Source: Candidatus Kapaibacterium sp. (GTDB taxonomy: Bacteria; Bacteroidota; Ignavibacteria; Kapaibacteriales; UBA2268). Taken from it: DNA of 64,000 bases. The stretch is taken from NCBI GenBank assembly GCA_026418625.1, contig JAOABA010000015.1:11017-75016 (forward strand), written 5' to 3'. Made by a program: the position numbers and the translations under genes. Under the pieces are notes generated by a model, which saw only the letters and a list, made by a program, of their open reading frames with translations, was not told the origin of the DNA and searched no databases. Below are positions 19,600-30,372 of this stretch, piece by piece (within the stretch, counting starts at the first letter, position 1; each line of letters starts with the position of its first letter).

Positions 19600-21327
19600 C
19601 TAAAAATTAATTATCAAGCGAGCTGATGGAACAAATACGCTCTTGCTTTCCCATTGATGGGGCTGACTTTTGAATGCTGAAAAGAATCCTTTGGCATCCA
19701 ACCTCAAAGCAAGTGTCTTTTCAATGATTGGTATTTGTAACCATAAACCTGCGCTCATTGATTCATCGAAATATTGAACAAAAGCTCCAAATGGTGTAAT
19801 AATATTTTTTGCCATAAACTCTATTCTGCCTGAAATTCCTCCAACAGTTTCATCATCAAATTTTCTGAATTTTAATTTATTAATATCTCCCGATGTATCA
19901 AGGTCATTATACCATCTTTCGACATTGTAGATTGTTCCACCAACACCAAATCTAAACCAATAATCTTCATCAACAGATATAGCAAATGTGTAGTGAAGTT
20001 GAGCGTTTAAACGCACGAGATAATCGAAATCCTGAAATAATAGAGTCAAATTCGGATCATAGTTGTTTGGATCAATCTTACGGTTCTTATATTTGGATTC
20101 ATTGGCATCGCCGAACACATAACCAAAATTAAATTTAAATATACCGCTTTTAGGAATCACTTTGAATGGGAAATCAAAGCTACCTGTTACACCGAAACCA
20201 CCATAGGTTAATTTTCTATCAATATTATAAACATCTTTACCCATAGAAGCCCATCCGTCTGTCGGAAGTATCAAACCAAGTTTAACACTTTCCCAGATGG
20301 CACTCAAACTCATTCTTTCGCTCCAAAATGATGGATAGTTAATGTCTTCGATGCCATAACGTAATTCAAGTCCAAATTTAGGAAGGTTTACATTACTGTT
20401 ACCTAATGAATCCACAACTGAATTCATTCCATCCCAATATCTTGGTTTGTCATAACGTTTCCAGCTCAACAAATCAGGACTTACAATTACTTCATTTTCT
20501 TTTAATCCATATCCTAATGCCTGTCCTTCGGATATTCTTACAAAATTTTGGATATCATAAGAAACAGCATCATTTTCCATACTAATTAGCGAAGATGACC
20601 TTCCGAATTTCCTTGGGGCAAACCATTCAGGATTTCCTATTCCTTGTGCTTCTAATGTTTTATTCTCGACGTTCCTTTGAATAAGTGAGTTAACCATCAA
20701 ATCATAAAGGTTATCTGAAGTAAAAGTCGAATCTAACTTAAAAGCTTTTAATTCATCGTAAGTATAAATATTCGCAGGTGATGGACCTCTAAGGTTCTTG
20801 GCAATATTTTCCTCGGATTCAGTGGTAACAATAAGTGCAATGATTGTATTGGGAATATTATTTTCCGATGCTCTCGTAGTTATTAAATAACAGTTTTCAA
20901 TTCCAGCCCCTGCTTCACCTTTTGATTTGAAAAAATTAAAAATTGATTCTAAAATAGGTTGGTCTGGAGGTATTTTACCTAAGTCTTCAATGATTGTTGT
21001 TGTTATAGCTTCTAAATTTTTACCCCCTTTAGCGCCTCTCTCAATAACTCCCAGAATTTCTTGGTCAACTGCTTTTAGTAACGCTTCATCTATTTGAACA
21101 CCCTTAGCAGCTTCTTCTTGCTTTTTAATAGCTCTTTTTATATCATCATTCTTTTTAATTTTATAGATGGATACAGTCCCAAATCTATAATTTATGAATT
21201 TGTTTAAAACCATCTCTAAATCTGTTTTAGAGGGTTCATATCTTTGTCCAAACAGAAAGAATGGCAGTAGTATTAAACCTTGAATCAAAACTAATAACTT
21301 TTTCATTTTAAATCCTCTTATTTTCAT
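19600..21327 (-). CDS. Putative outer-membrane beta-barrel protein.
   Basis: Signal peptide. Alternating amphipathic C-terminal half that ends in a terminal Phe (...ARLIINF), as outer-membrane proteins typically do. No recognisable family. Confidence 0.5.
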   Translation of the reverse strand: MKIRGFKMKKLLVLIQGLILLPFFLFGQRYEPSKTDLEMVLNKFINYRFGTVSIYKIKKNDDIKRAIKKQEEAAKGVQIDEALLKAVDQEILGVIERGAKGGKNLEAITTTIIEDLGKIPPDQPILESIFNFFKSKGEAGAGIENCYLITTRASENNIPNTIIALIVTTESEENIAKNLRGPSPANIYTYDELKAFKLDSTFTSDNLYDLMVNSLIQRNVENKTLEAQGIGNPEWFAPRKFGRSSSLISMENDAVSYDIQNFVRISEGQALGYGLKENEVIVSPDLLSWKRYDKPRYWDGMNSVVDSLGNSNVNLPKFGLELRYGIEDINYPSFWSERMSLSAIWESVKLGLILPTDGWASMGKDVYNIDRKLTYGGFGVTGSFDFPFKVIPKSGIFKFNFGYVFGDANESKYKNRKIDPNNYDPNLTLLFQDFDYLVRLNAQLHYTFAISVDEDYWFRFGVGGTIYNVERWYNDLDTSGDINKLKFRKFDDETVGGISGRIEFMAKNIITPFGAFVQYFDESMSAGLWLQIPIIEKTLALRLDAKGFFSAFKSQPHQWESKSVFVPSARLIINF

Positions 21328-21348
21328 AAATTAAAACATTAATATATT

Positions 21349-23688
21349 TTATCTTCTTCCACCTCTTGGTGGCTGTTGTCCACCTCCGCCTCCGGGAGTT
21401 CTGATTTGAGGACCTTTTTCAATTTCAAATGAAACAGGAACAGAGAAATTTTCCTCCGCAACTGATGATGTTTTACCATTACATCTGTTTATTGCTTCAG
21501 CTTTTAAAGTTACAGATGCACTTCCATCTATTTTTTCCATACCTCTTGGCAAATTAAATGTCAGTTCAAAAATAATATTGTATTTATCGCCATCAGTTTC
21601 TATAATTGGATCTGATGAAACAGATGCATAAGGTTCAATTTTTGAATCAAGTTTCACATTCTGCGATGGATAAACGTTTACATCAGCAAATGTTTCTTTA
21701 TCCTTTTCACGTCCATCCTTTGGTTTTTCAATATAGATTCCCTTAATCAAATACCTTTTCTTAACTTGTGTTATTGTTTTGACATCGGGTTGGAAAGTAA
21801 GAGATATTGTTGGTCTTTTTTGCCTAATATCAACAGTCTTAGCGGGAAATATATCTAATTCAGCACCCGTTAATGGCTGAACCCAAGTAGCTCTGAAGGT
21901 TGCTGTTTTCGCTTTGCAATCCATAAACAAAGCATTCTCTCTGGTTATTGAAAACCCTTTAACAGGTTCCCTTTGGGATTCAATATCAGATAAAAGATAA
22001 ATTCTAAATTGTTCGGAACGTATTTTTCCACCAGAATTCGGTTGAAGGTTAACCAACAAGAAGTAGTCACCGTAACCGACATTACCTAATCTAAAGTTAA
22101 TCAATTTTTCATTTTCAGGGACTAATCCTGTCTTAAATACATCCAATTCAACTTCTGCTGAGGCCGCAGGCATACTACCGAGTCTATGAGTCATAACAAT
22201 TGTATATTTTCCTTCGGGCAATTCTCTATCCACAATAGCCCTGTAAGTTCTTTTACCGCCGGGAGTCGGTTTTGCTGCTGTTGCAACAATTTCATCCAAT
22301 GGTCTTAAATTTGCCCTTGCGACAGTTGAACCTGATTCATCTTTAACAACTGCTTCGACTTGATTGGAACCTGCCCCTTGATATGGTGCGATAGCAAATT
22401 CAAACGCTGCAGGTAACTTATCAAATGTTGCTATTGAAGCATCAGGCGGGAATACTTCAGGCTTTGATATTTGTGTTTTTGGAGTAATAACCCTGATATT
22501 AAATTCAATGCTTCCTCTGTTCTGAGCAAAATTCGAAGACATACCGGGTGCAAGTAGAGTTGCAATATAACCGTAAAGTTCAATTTTGCTGATATCTTCG
22601 GTTGGGTTATCGCCCTGAGCAGCTAATTTCTTTGAATTTTCAAGCATTTCATTGAACTTTTCAACATTTCCTTCTACGCTCAATATCTCAGACGGAGGAA
22701 GGTTATATCTTTCGAGCTTGGAAACCAATTCTTTACGAACTTTCATTAAATCTTTGACAGTCAAAGTAACCGTTCCAATATTTACTTTTGTATCTTCTCG
22801 AATATTCACCGGATTTTCATCGGCACGAACACCAAGGATTCTATTAGTTCGAGAGGCAAATCGCAACTTATACCAACCGGCACGGTTTGGTGGCTGAAAG
22901 TTTACAACAAATGCACGTTTTTTGAGAGCAGAACCACTAAGACCAACTCTCTTCAATGATTCTTCTTTGGAATAGAAAAAGACACTGTCTTCTTTATTGG
23001 CTGGTGCATAACTTGGACCAATTACCAACTCAGATTCACGTGGGTAAACAGGCTCCAAAGACTCAACTGTAACATTGCTTAAATCTATTCTTCGCATAGT
23101 TTCAGTTTTATCGAGAATAAGCTTTCTCAAAGAAAGGAATTCCCATTCGCCACCATCGGGAGCGGATACTTTTTGTCCGGGTTGGAATTTGTCGAACTGA
23201 ATACCTGCTTTTCGTATTTCTTCGTCAGTTGGAAACAAAGGTGCGTTTTCGGGATCTTGATTGCTGCTATAGAAAATCTGATACTCAAGTTCCTGAACGT
23301 TGCTCAATTGAATGTATTTTTCAATTCGCTCGACGTATTCTTTTTCACTTTCACCCTCTCGCCGTTTGATTTCTGCTGTAACGTCGGTAACACCAACTTC
23401 AACAATATATTTTCTGTAGGATTTAATATCAGCCCCCATAACTTCTCTGATGTTAACACCGCTTGGCGGAATGGTTATTTCGTCCTGAGGTCTGGTATTG
23501 ATTCCTTCAGTTCCAGCGCCAGATTGCAACTGAGAAAGAATACTTTCAACTATTTTCATAGTTTCACGCTGTTTTTGAATTAAGCTTTGCTCTGCTTCGT
23601 CACGCTCAACAATTATAATGAGCAATTCGAGCACAACTGCAAGATACAATACGAAATATACCTTGCCGGCACCTCCTCCTTTACCCAT
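21349..23688 (-). CDS. Large membrane-anchored protein that is mostly periplasmic or extracytoplasmic. First gene of a four-gene envelope operon.
   Basis: Short Gly-rich N-terminus (MGKGGGAGK) followed by one transmembrane helix (VYFVLYLAVVLELLIIIV). Large soluble region, then a Gly/Pro/Arg-rich tail (TPGGGGGQQPPRGGRR). No recognisable family. Confidence 0.5.
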   Translation of the reverse strand: MGKGGGAGKVYFVLYLAVVLELLIIIVERDEAEQSLIQKQRETMKIVESILSQLQSGAGTEGINTRPQDEITIPPSGVNIREVMGADIKSYRKYIVEVGVTDVTAEIKRREGESEKEYVERIEKYIQLSNVQELEYQIFYSSNQDPENAPLFPTDEEIRKAGIQFDKFQPGQKVSAPDGGEWEFLSLRKLILDKTETMRRIDLSNVTVESLEPVYPRESELVIGPSYAPANKEDSVFFYSKEESLKRVGLSGSALKKRAFVVNFQPPNRAGWYKLRFASRTNRILGVRADENPVNIREDTKVNIGTVTLTVKDLMKVRKELVSKLERYNLPPSEILSVEGNVEKFNEMLENSKKLAAQGDNPTEDISKIELYGYIATLLAPGMSSNFAQNRGSIEFNIRVITPKTQISKPEVFPPDASIATFDKLPAAFEFAIAPYQGAGSNQVEAVVKDESGSTVARANLRPLDEIVATAAKPTPGGKRTYRAIVDRELPEGKYTIVMTHRLGSMPAASAEVELDVFKTGLVPENEKLINFRLGNVGYGDYFLLVNLQPNSGGKIRSEQFRIYLLSDIESQREPVKGFSITRENALFMDCKAKTATFRATWVQPLTGAELDIFPAKTVDIRQKRPTISLTFQPDVKTITQVKKRYLIKGIYIEKPKDGREKDKETFADVNVYPSQNVKLDSKIEPYASVSSDPIIETDGDKYNIIFELTFNLPRGMEKIDGSASVTLKAEAINRCNGKTSSVAEENFSVPVSFEIEKGPQIRTPGGGGGQQPPRGGRR

Positions 23689-24086
23689 TGTTATATCCTT
23701 TAATTATTTTGAAATTTCGTGAATTATGGAAAAACTTTTTTAATTCGGTAGATGTGTGTTTTATTATAAGTTTCTCCTTGTTTACAATATATTTTATATA
23801 ATTGTTATTTAATACCATTTTTAATAAATTTTTTTTAGTGATAAACTAAAATACAAATTATTGTAATTTTTTTTTAAATTTTTTCGATTTTTTTTCACTT
23901 TTGATTTTAACTCAACAACAATATAAATTTTTTCGATTTGTTAAGTTATAGTTCAATTTACTATTTTTTTGTAGTTCAATTTAAGTTAAAAATGTAGTGT
24001 TAGCAACTACAAATTTTATTTTTTTCCTAAATATGTTTTTATTGTTTTAATTTGCAAATGACAGTAAATGCATTACGGAATTATCG

Positions 24087-25175
24087 ATGACAAAAATAGC
24101 TTTGATACTTGCAGGTGGAACAGGGACCAAGCTTTGGCCTAAAAGCAGGGAAAAACAACCTAAGCAATTTGTTCATTTCGTAGGCGAAGGGACAATGTTG
24201 ATGAACACTTACCTTCGTTTGCTTCCCCTTTTTCCACTTGAAAATATATTTGTTGTAACGCCCAGTTATTTCAAGCATTTTGTTGAAGAGCAATTGCCAG
24301 AATTGCCTAATGAAAATATTATTACTGAACCATTTCCAAGGAATACTGCACCTTGCATTGCTCTTGCAATGACACAGCTTTCTAAAAAATTCGATAAAAA
24401 TACAGTTGTCGCTGCTTTCCCTTCTGATCAGGTTATTTTCAATATTAGAGAATTTCACCATAGCCTTGAAATAGCAATGAGTGTTGCCAATGAACTTAAT
24501 GGTATTGTAACGCTTGGAATAAAACCAACACGACCCGCAACTTCTTACGGTTACATTCAGGTTAAACAAAATTCACGGGACCTCGGTTTTCTTTATGATA
24601 ATGGTGTTAGATATACAACAACCTTTGCAGAAAAACCCGATTTGGAAACTGCTAAAAGGTTTATTGAAACTGGTGACTTCCTTTGGAATAGCGGTATTTT
24701 TGTCTGGAAATTTGATGAATTCTGGATAGCTTTCGATTTATATCTGCCAGATCAAAGCAAAATATTCAAGGTTCTAAAAAAATTCGTTGGTAAAGATTCA
24801 TTCCAGATGGCAGTGGAAGATGCTTACAAAAAAATAGATTCCGTCTCAATTGATTATGCAATCTTAGAAAAAGCCCAAAATGTTTTTGTTGTAGAGTCTT
24901 CATTTGGTTGGAGTGATTTAAGCAATTGGGATGAGGTTTATAGGTTATCAATGAAAGACGGTAGAGATAATTTCATCGAAGGAGATGTTATTACAGTCAA
25001 TGTCTCTAATTCTTACATTTTATCAGAGGATAAACTGGTAGCTATTTCAGATTTGGATAATATTATTGTAATTCACACCAAAGATGCACTTTTAATTTGT
25101 AAACGTGGCAAATCTGAAAATGTTCAGGAAATCATTGATTATATGAAAAGGAAACAAATTGTAAGATTTCTATAA
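24087..25175 (+). CDS. Mannose-1-phosphate guanylyltransferase (GDP-mannose pyrophosphorylase)-like nucleotidyltransferase.
   Basis: LILAGGTGTKLWPKSREKQPKQF N-terminal NTP-transferase motif. Length and blocks are typical of ManC-type enzymes without the isomerase domain. Confidence 0.8.
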   Translation: MTKIALILAGGTGTKLWPKSREKQPKQFVHFVGEGTMLMNTYLRLLPLFPLENIFVVTPSYFKHFVEEQLPELPNENIITEPFPRNTAPCIALAMTQLSKKFDKNTVVAAFPSDQVIFNIREFHHSLEIAMSVANELNGIVTLGIKPTRPATSYGYIQVKQNSRDLGFLYDNGVRYTTTFAEKPDLETAKRFIETGDFLWNSGIFVWKFDEFWIAFDLYLPDQSKIFKVLKKFVGKDSFQMAVEDAYKKIDSVSIDYAILEKAQNVFVVESSFGWSDLSNWDEVYRLSMKDGRDNFIEGDVITVNVSNSYILSEDKLVAISDLDNIIVIHTKDALLICKRGKSENVQEIIDYMKRKQIVRFL

Positions 25176-25187
25176 ATTTTACCATTA

Positions 25188-25619
25188 ATGAAAAATATCT
25201 TAAAGCTGCTAATTTACTCCGTCTTAGCAATTTTCTTTGTTTCTTGTGGCAGCACGAAAAACACAAAAGAAAAAATTTTTGATAAAACTAACCAAGAATG
25301 GAACAATAATACCCAAGATGATATACCTTTTGAAGTTGGTATTGCTTCATATTATTCTTCTGTCTTTGAAGGTAAAGCAACAGCTTCAGGAGAAATTTAT
25401 TCAGGAAGTGAATTAACTGCTGCCCATAAAACTTTGCCTTTCGGAACAATTGTAAAGGTTAGAAATCTCAAAAACAATAAATCAGTAGTTGTTCGCATTA
25501 ATGACCGTGGTCCTTCGAAAACTGAAAGAGTTATTGATTTGTCATATCGAGCCGCTGAAATTTTGGATATGATAAGAGACGGAATTGTTAAGGTTGAAAT
25601 AATTATCATCAAAAAATGA
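25188..25619 (+). CDS. RlpA-like lipoprotein with a double-psi beta-barrel (DPBB) domain.
   Basis: Lipobox (FFVSCGS). DPBB signature [59 protein letters not shown]. Confidence 0.8.
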   Translation: MKNILKLLIYSVLAIFFVSCGSTKNTKEKIFDKTNQEWNNNTQDDIPFEVGIASYYSSVFEGKATASGEIYSGSELTAAHKTLPFGTIVKVRNLKNNKSVVVRINDRGPSKTERVIDLSYRAAEILDMIRDGIVKVEIIIIKK

Positions 25620-25638
25620 TATATTTGAAGTTTTTCAA

Positions 25639-27867
25639 TTGGTTAAAATTAAAATGAAAAGGACATTAGTTACTTCTGCATTACCTTATGCAAATGGCTT
25701 CATTCATTTGGGTCATTGTGCTGGTGCTTATCTTCCGGCTGATATTTACGTCAGGTATTTAAGGCTTTCAGGAAGAGAAGTTCTTTGGGTTTGCGGCTCG
25801 GATGAACACGGAGTTGCCATAACAATAGCTGCAGATAAGGAAAAAACTTCACCGCAGCAAATTATTGATAAATATCATATAGCAAATAAGGAAGCCTTTG
25901 CAAGATTTGGAATGTCCTTTGATATCTATTCAAGAACATCATTGCCCATACATCATAACACTGCTCGAGAATTTTTCGAAGATTTTTTAAAAAAAGGGAT
26001 ATTAGAGGAAAAGGAGGAAGAGCAATTTTTTGATGCAGATGCCAAAATTTTCTTGCCTGACAGATATGTTGAAGGAATATGTCCAAATTGTGGGTATGAT
26101 CACGCAAGAGGCGACCAATGTGATAATTGCGGAGCATATTATAATCAATTAGAATTGAAAAACCCAATTAGTCTTGTCTCAGGGAAAAAGCCCGAAGTAA
26201 AAAAAACAACTCATTGGTATTTTAAATTTAACGAGTTTCAGGATTTCCTCGATAATTATATTGAGTCACACTCGAAAGACTGGAAAGATAATGTCCTTCA
26301 GCAAACAAGAAGTTGGCTTAAGCAAGGGATAAACCCACGCCCAATAACAAGAGATCTCTCTTGGGGAGTAAAAATTGATGGAATTGATGATTTACCACCT
26401 GAAAAGACTAACGGAAAAGTTCTTTATGTCTGGTTCGAAGCCGTCCTTGGTTACATTTCTATTACCAAAACATATTATTTCGAAAGAGAATACAAGGGAT
26501 TAGAAAAAGCCGATGATTGGAAAAAATGGTGGCGCGACAACGAAACCCGTTATATAGCATTTATAGGAAAAGATAATATAGTTTTCCATACATTGATATT
26601 CCCTGCTCTACTCAAAGCAAGAGGAAATAATTACATACTTCCGGATAATGTCCCAGCAAATGAATTTTTAAACCTTGAAGGACAGAAATTTTCGAAATCG
26701 AGAAATTGGAGCATTGACCTGAAAGATTTTATAGAGGATTTCCCCGAACCATCTTTTATTGATGCTTTACGTTATACCCTTGCAATGAATTTCCCGGAAA
26801 CAAGGGATTCGGATTTTACTTGGAAGGATTTTCAATCAAGAAATAATAACGAGCTATCGGCTATTTTTGGAAATTTTGTCAATAGAACCCTACAATTTAT
26901 TGCTAAAAACTTTGATAGCGAGGTTCCTTGTTTGCCTGATAAATATAAAGATTTGAAGGATGATTGGAAATCATTAATTTTTAGTCTTTGTAAGAATTAC
27001 AGTCAAGACACTGAATTCTTCGATAATATTGATGAAAGCTTTAAGCAAACTTATGGAGAAAATGACTATAATCTTCTTGTTTCTCTTTGTTCTGGCATAA
27101 AAAAAATTAGCGAGAATTATGAAAAATTCAGATTTCGTGATGCAATCACAGAGACAATGAATGTTGCTCGTGCTGCTAATAAATATTTCAATGATGAAGA
27201 ACCTTGGAAAACTCTAAAAACCGATCCTGATAAATGTGCAAAAACACTCTATGTTTGCTCGCAGCTTGTTTATACGTTGTCAGTCCTATTTTCGCCAATT
27301 GTTCCGTTCAGTTGTAACGAGATAAAAACATTGCTTGGGAATGACACCTATACCGGCGAGCCATCAGAAATCTATAAAAACACGAATTTTTGGAATGAGT
27401 CAATAATGCCTAATCTTCCCGAAGGTTTAAAAATCAATAGTCCCAAAATTCTCTTTAAGAAAATTGAGGATGATGTTATTGAAAAGCAAATAAGTAAATT
27501 AGGCGATAAGCAACAAAAGCCTTCAGCAGAAGAAGAGGAATTAATCACAATTGATTATTTCAAAAAAGTGAAGCTGCGCACTGCAAAAGTCATTTCCGCT
27601 GAAAATGTCAAAAAATCCAAAAAATTGATTAAGCTTCAAGTTGAGATTTCCGGAGAAATAAGGCAGATAGTAGCAGGAATCGCTGAGCATTATAAACCCG
27701 AAGAACTTATTGGAAAAACAATAGTTGTTGTCGCTAATCTCGAACCGGCAAAGCTAATGGGAGAGGAATCCCGTGGTATGCTTCTTGCTGCAAATTCACC
27801 AGACGGAAAACTATCTGTTGTTACAATAAACGATGATGGCATACCAACCGGAGCCGAAGTAAGATAG
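25639..27867 (+). CDS. metG: Methionyl-tRNA synthetase with a C-terminal tRNA-binding (EMAP-like) domain.
   Basis: HIGH-type motif (FIHLGHCAG). Zinc knuckles (CPNCG...CDNCG). KMSKS motif (KFSKSRN). C-terminal Trbp111-like domain (KVKLRTAKVISAE...). Confidence 0.95.
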   Translation: MVKIKMKRTLVTSALPYANGFIHLGHCAGAYLPADIYVRYLRLSGREVLWVCGSDEHGVAITIAADKEKTSPQQIIDKYHIANKEAFARFGMSFDIYSRTSLPIHHNTAREFFEDFLKKGILEEKEEEQFFDADAKIFLPDRYVEGICPNCGYDHARGDQCDNCGAYYNQLELKNPISLVSGKKPEVKKTTHWYFKFNEFQDFLDNYIESHSKDWKDNVLQQTRSWLKQGINPRPITRDLSWGVKIDGIDDLPPEKTNGKVLYVWFEAVLGYISITKTYYFEREYKGLEKADDWKKWWRDNETRYIAFIGKDNIVFHTLIFPALLKARGNNYILPDNVPANEFLNLEGQKFSKSRNWSIDLKDFIEDFPEPSFIDALRYTLAMNFPETRDSDFTWKDFQSRNNNELSAIFGNFVNRTLQFIAKNFDSEVPCLPDKYKDLKDDWKSLIFSLCKNYSQDTEFFDNIDESFKQTYGENDYNLLVSLCSGIKKISENYEKFRFRDAITETMNVARAANKYFNDEEPWKTLKTDPDKCAKTLYVCSQLVYTLSVLFSPIVPFSCNEIKTLLGNDTYTGEPSEIYKNTNFWNESIMPNLPEGLKINSPKILFKKIEDDVIEKQISKLGDKQQKPSAEEEELITIDYFKKVKLRTAKVISAENVKKSKKLIKLQVEISGEIRQIVAGIAEHYKPEELIGKTIVVVANLEPAKLMGEESRGMLLAANSPDGKLSVVTINDDGIPTGAEVR

Positions 27868-28092
27868 GATTATTAGCCTGATATAATATTCTTATTAACA
27901 ATAAATCTAAACTTATGCTTTTAAGTCAATAGCTTAACCTAAATTTGGTTAGCTTGATACCCTATTTTTGATTACTAAATTTGTTAAGGTACTCATAATC
28001 TTTGCTTAATCTTCAGTTAATTCATTTTTAGTAGATATATGCTTATTAAATTGCGACTTTTTATTTGAAAAAGTCAATTTTAAAGGTTAATT

Positions 28093-29421
28093 ATGAGAAA
28101 GTTGGTAATATTACTAATAATTGTTTTTTCTTTTGTCCAAATCAAAGCACAAAAGGAACTTCTTATGTCCGGTCCAATGCTTGGCTATTCAGAAATGCGT
28201 GAAGTTTTAATTTGGGTTCAAACAAAACAGGAAGCTGAAGTAAAATTCGAATATTGGAAGCAAGGGGATAATGTTAAGTATTTTTCTGAAACAAAGAGGA
28301 CAAGCCCGATTGATGGCTTTACTGCTAAAATTAAATTATCTAATCTTGAACCGGGAACAAATTATGATTATTCACTTTATATAAATAACAAAAGAATTAA
28401 TTTTAATTATCCTTTGAAATTTCAAACACAAAAACTTTGGCAATACAGAGAAGAACCACCTTCTGTTAAAATAGCAATGGGAAGTTGTGCTTATATTAAT
28501 GATAGTCTATATGACAGACCCGGCAAACCCTATGGTGGTGAGTATAAAATTTTCAATTCGATTTATTCAAAAAAACCCGATATAATGCTATGGCTTGGAG
28601 ATAATATTTATTACCGTGAAGTTGACTGGTTTTCCCGAAGTGGAATGATATATCGAAATTCTCACAGCCGTGCAATTCCTGAACTTCAGCCATTGCTTGC
28701 TTCAGTTCATCATTATGCAATCTGGGACGATCACGATTATGGTCCGAATAATAGTGACCGATCTTTTCGTAATAAAAACGAAGCTTTGGATGTTTTTCAA
28801 TTATTCTGGGGAAATCCAACTTATGGATTTTACGATGAGAAATGTGCCGTTACAATGTTTAAATGGGCTGATATTGATTTTTTCCTTTTGGATAACCGCT
28901 GGTTCAGGTCTTCAAATAATCGTAAATTCAGCGAGAAAGAAATTTTAGGAAATAAGCAAATTGACTGGCTTATCAACGCACTTACCTTCAGCGAAGCAAG
29001 ATTCAAGATAATTATCATTGGCGGTCAGGTCCTAAATCCTGTAGCCAATTATGAGAATTATTCAACCTTTCCTGAAGAACAATCCTATCTGATAAATTCA
29101 ATTTCTAAAGAAAATATAAAAGGAGTCATTTTTATTTCGGGCGACCGTCACTTTTCTGAACTAACTTCCTTACCACGAGAAGGAACATATCCTTTGCTTG
29201 ATTTCACTGTTTCTCCTCTTACATCAGGACCGTTTACAGATGCTTGTTCAAAAGAAAATAATTACCTAAGAGTTCCCGGAACTTGTTACGACAAAAGAAA
29301 CTTTGGTATGATTGAAATTACGGGCAAAAGAACCGAAAGAACGCTCAAGTTCCTCTTATTCGATACTGATGGCAATAGAATTTGGGAAAAAAGTTATTCT
29401 GACAAAGATTTAGGGTGGTAA
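28093..29421 (+). CDS. PhoD-like phosphatase (metallophosphoesterase).
   Basis: Signal peptide. GDNIYY and AIWDDHDYGPNN motifs typical of alkaline phosphatase D. Confidence 0.75.
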   Translation: MRKLVILLIIVFSFVQIKAQKELLMSGPMLGYSEMREVLIWVQTKQEAEVKFEYWKQGDNVKYFSETKRTSPIDGFTAKIKLSNLEPGTNYDYSLYINNKRINFNYPLKFQTQKLWQYREEPPSVKIAMGSCAYINDSLYDRPGKPYGGEYKIFNSIYSKKPDIMLWLGDNIYYREVDWFSRSGMIYRNSHSRAIPELQPLLASVHHYAIWDDHDYGPNNSDRSFRNKNEALDVFQLFWGNPTYGFYDEKCAVTMFKWADIDFFLLDNRWFRSSNNRKFSEKEILGNKQIDWLINALTFSEARFKIIIIGGQVLNPVANYENYSTFPEEQSYLINSISKENIKGVIFISGDRHFSELTSLPREGTYPLLDFTVSPLTSGPFTDACSKENNYLRVPGTCYDKRNFGMIEITGKRTERTLKFLLFDTDGNRIWEKSYSDKDLGW

Positions 29422-29485
29422 AAAAATTCGTTTAATCATTCATAAATATATTATATTGCAATTTTTAATTTAAACTAAATTATTT

Positions 29486-30370
29486 ATGAGTGATAAGCTT
29501 AGCTATTGGGATTATGTCGGCGTTGACACACTTCTGAATTTACAAAAACCCAAAACTGATTTTGAAGACGAACATATTTTTATTATATATCATCAGATAA
29601 GTGAACTCTTTTTTAGATTGATTATAAATGAGTTAAAATTATTAACTGATGATAATAAAAAAGAATTTTTGGACTATCGTAACTGGATAAAAAGGTTAGG
29701 CAGAGTAATTAATAATTTTAATATTTTGACTAATAGCATTAGCATTTTGATGCCTGAATTTTCTGTATTTAGTAAAGCTCATCAGATTTTAAATGATTCC
29801 GAAATTTCAACAATATCTGTCAGTTGTTTTGATAATCAGCAGTTTCTGAAATTTCGGCAGGCATTGGTTCCTGCAAGTGGTTTCCAAAGCTTTCAATATA
29901 GAACTATCGAAATTATGTCCACCCAGCTTCAAAACCTTGTCCATCCATCGAAAAAAGATGATTTAAAAAATGAGAATGATATAGAAAATATATACCAAAA
30001 TTTATATTGGAAGTATGGTGCAAGAATAGTAAAAGATGATAATTTATCAAATCCAGACTTGCTCGAAAAAGCCGAAACTTTGATAGAATTTGAGAATAAG
30101 TATGATAGCTATTTCCTTGATTTAGCAAAGGAATACGAAAACAAAAACCTTCTTTCTTTATATCAAAAATATATTACAGATATTAATAGTGAAAATTCTA
30201 AAAAAGTTCGTGATGTTCTTAAATATTACGACACAATAGTCAACCGACATTATAAAGGTGTTCACTATGGCTTGGCTTATGCTCATTTGAAAGATACAAC
30301 GGGCACAGGAGGCACAAACTGGCATCAATATCTATCAATCAGCAAAAATGAAATTAGTTTTTTTGAATAA
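29486..30370 (+). CDS. kynA: Tryptophan 2,3-dioxygenase.
   Basis: LSYWDYVGVDTLLNLQKP...DEHIFIIYHQISELFFRLIINEL matches the conserved TDO N-terminal blocks. About 294 aa, as in bacterial TDOs. Confidence 0.8.
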   Translation: MSDKLSYWDYVGVDTLLNLQKPKTDFEDEHIFIIYHQISELFFRLIINELKLLTDDNKKEFLDYRNWIKRLGRVINNFNILTNSISILMPEFSVFSKAHQILNDSEISTISVSCFDNQQFLKFRQALVPASGFQSFQYRTIEIMSTQLQNLVHPSKKDDLKNENDIENIYQNLYWKYGARIVKDDNLSNPDLLEKAETLIEFENKYDSYFLDLAKEYENKNLLSLYQKYITDINSENSKKVRDVLKYYDTIVNRHYKGVHYGLAYAHLKDTTGTGGTNWHQYLSISKNEISFFE

Positions 30371-30372
30371 TT

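Noticed and set aside
21349-23688. Calling the 779-aa protein GldM/PorM.
   Set aside because: Only the topology and a faint N-terminal resemblance match. The length (779 against ~510 aa) and the neighbouring genes do not fit the gldKLMN layout.
28050-28085. Hairpin gacttttt-atttg-aaaaagtc upstream of the PhoD-like gene, as a riboswitch or terminator.
   Set aside because: A short AT-only stem with no T-tract and no recognisable riboswitch core. Most likely a chance AT-rich palindrome.
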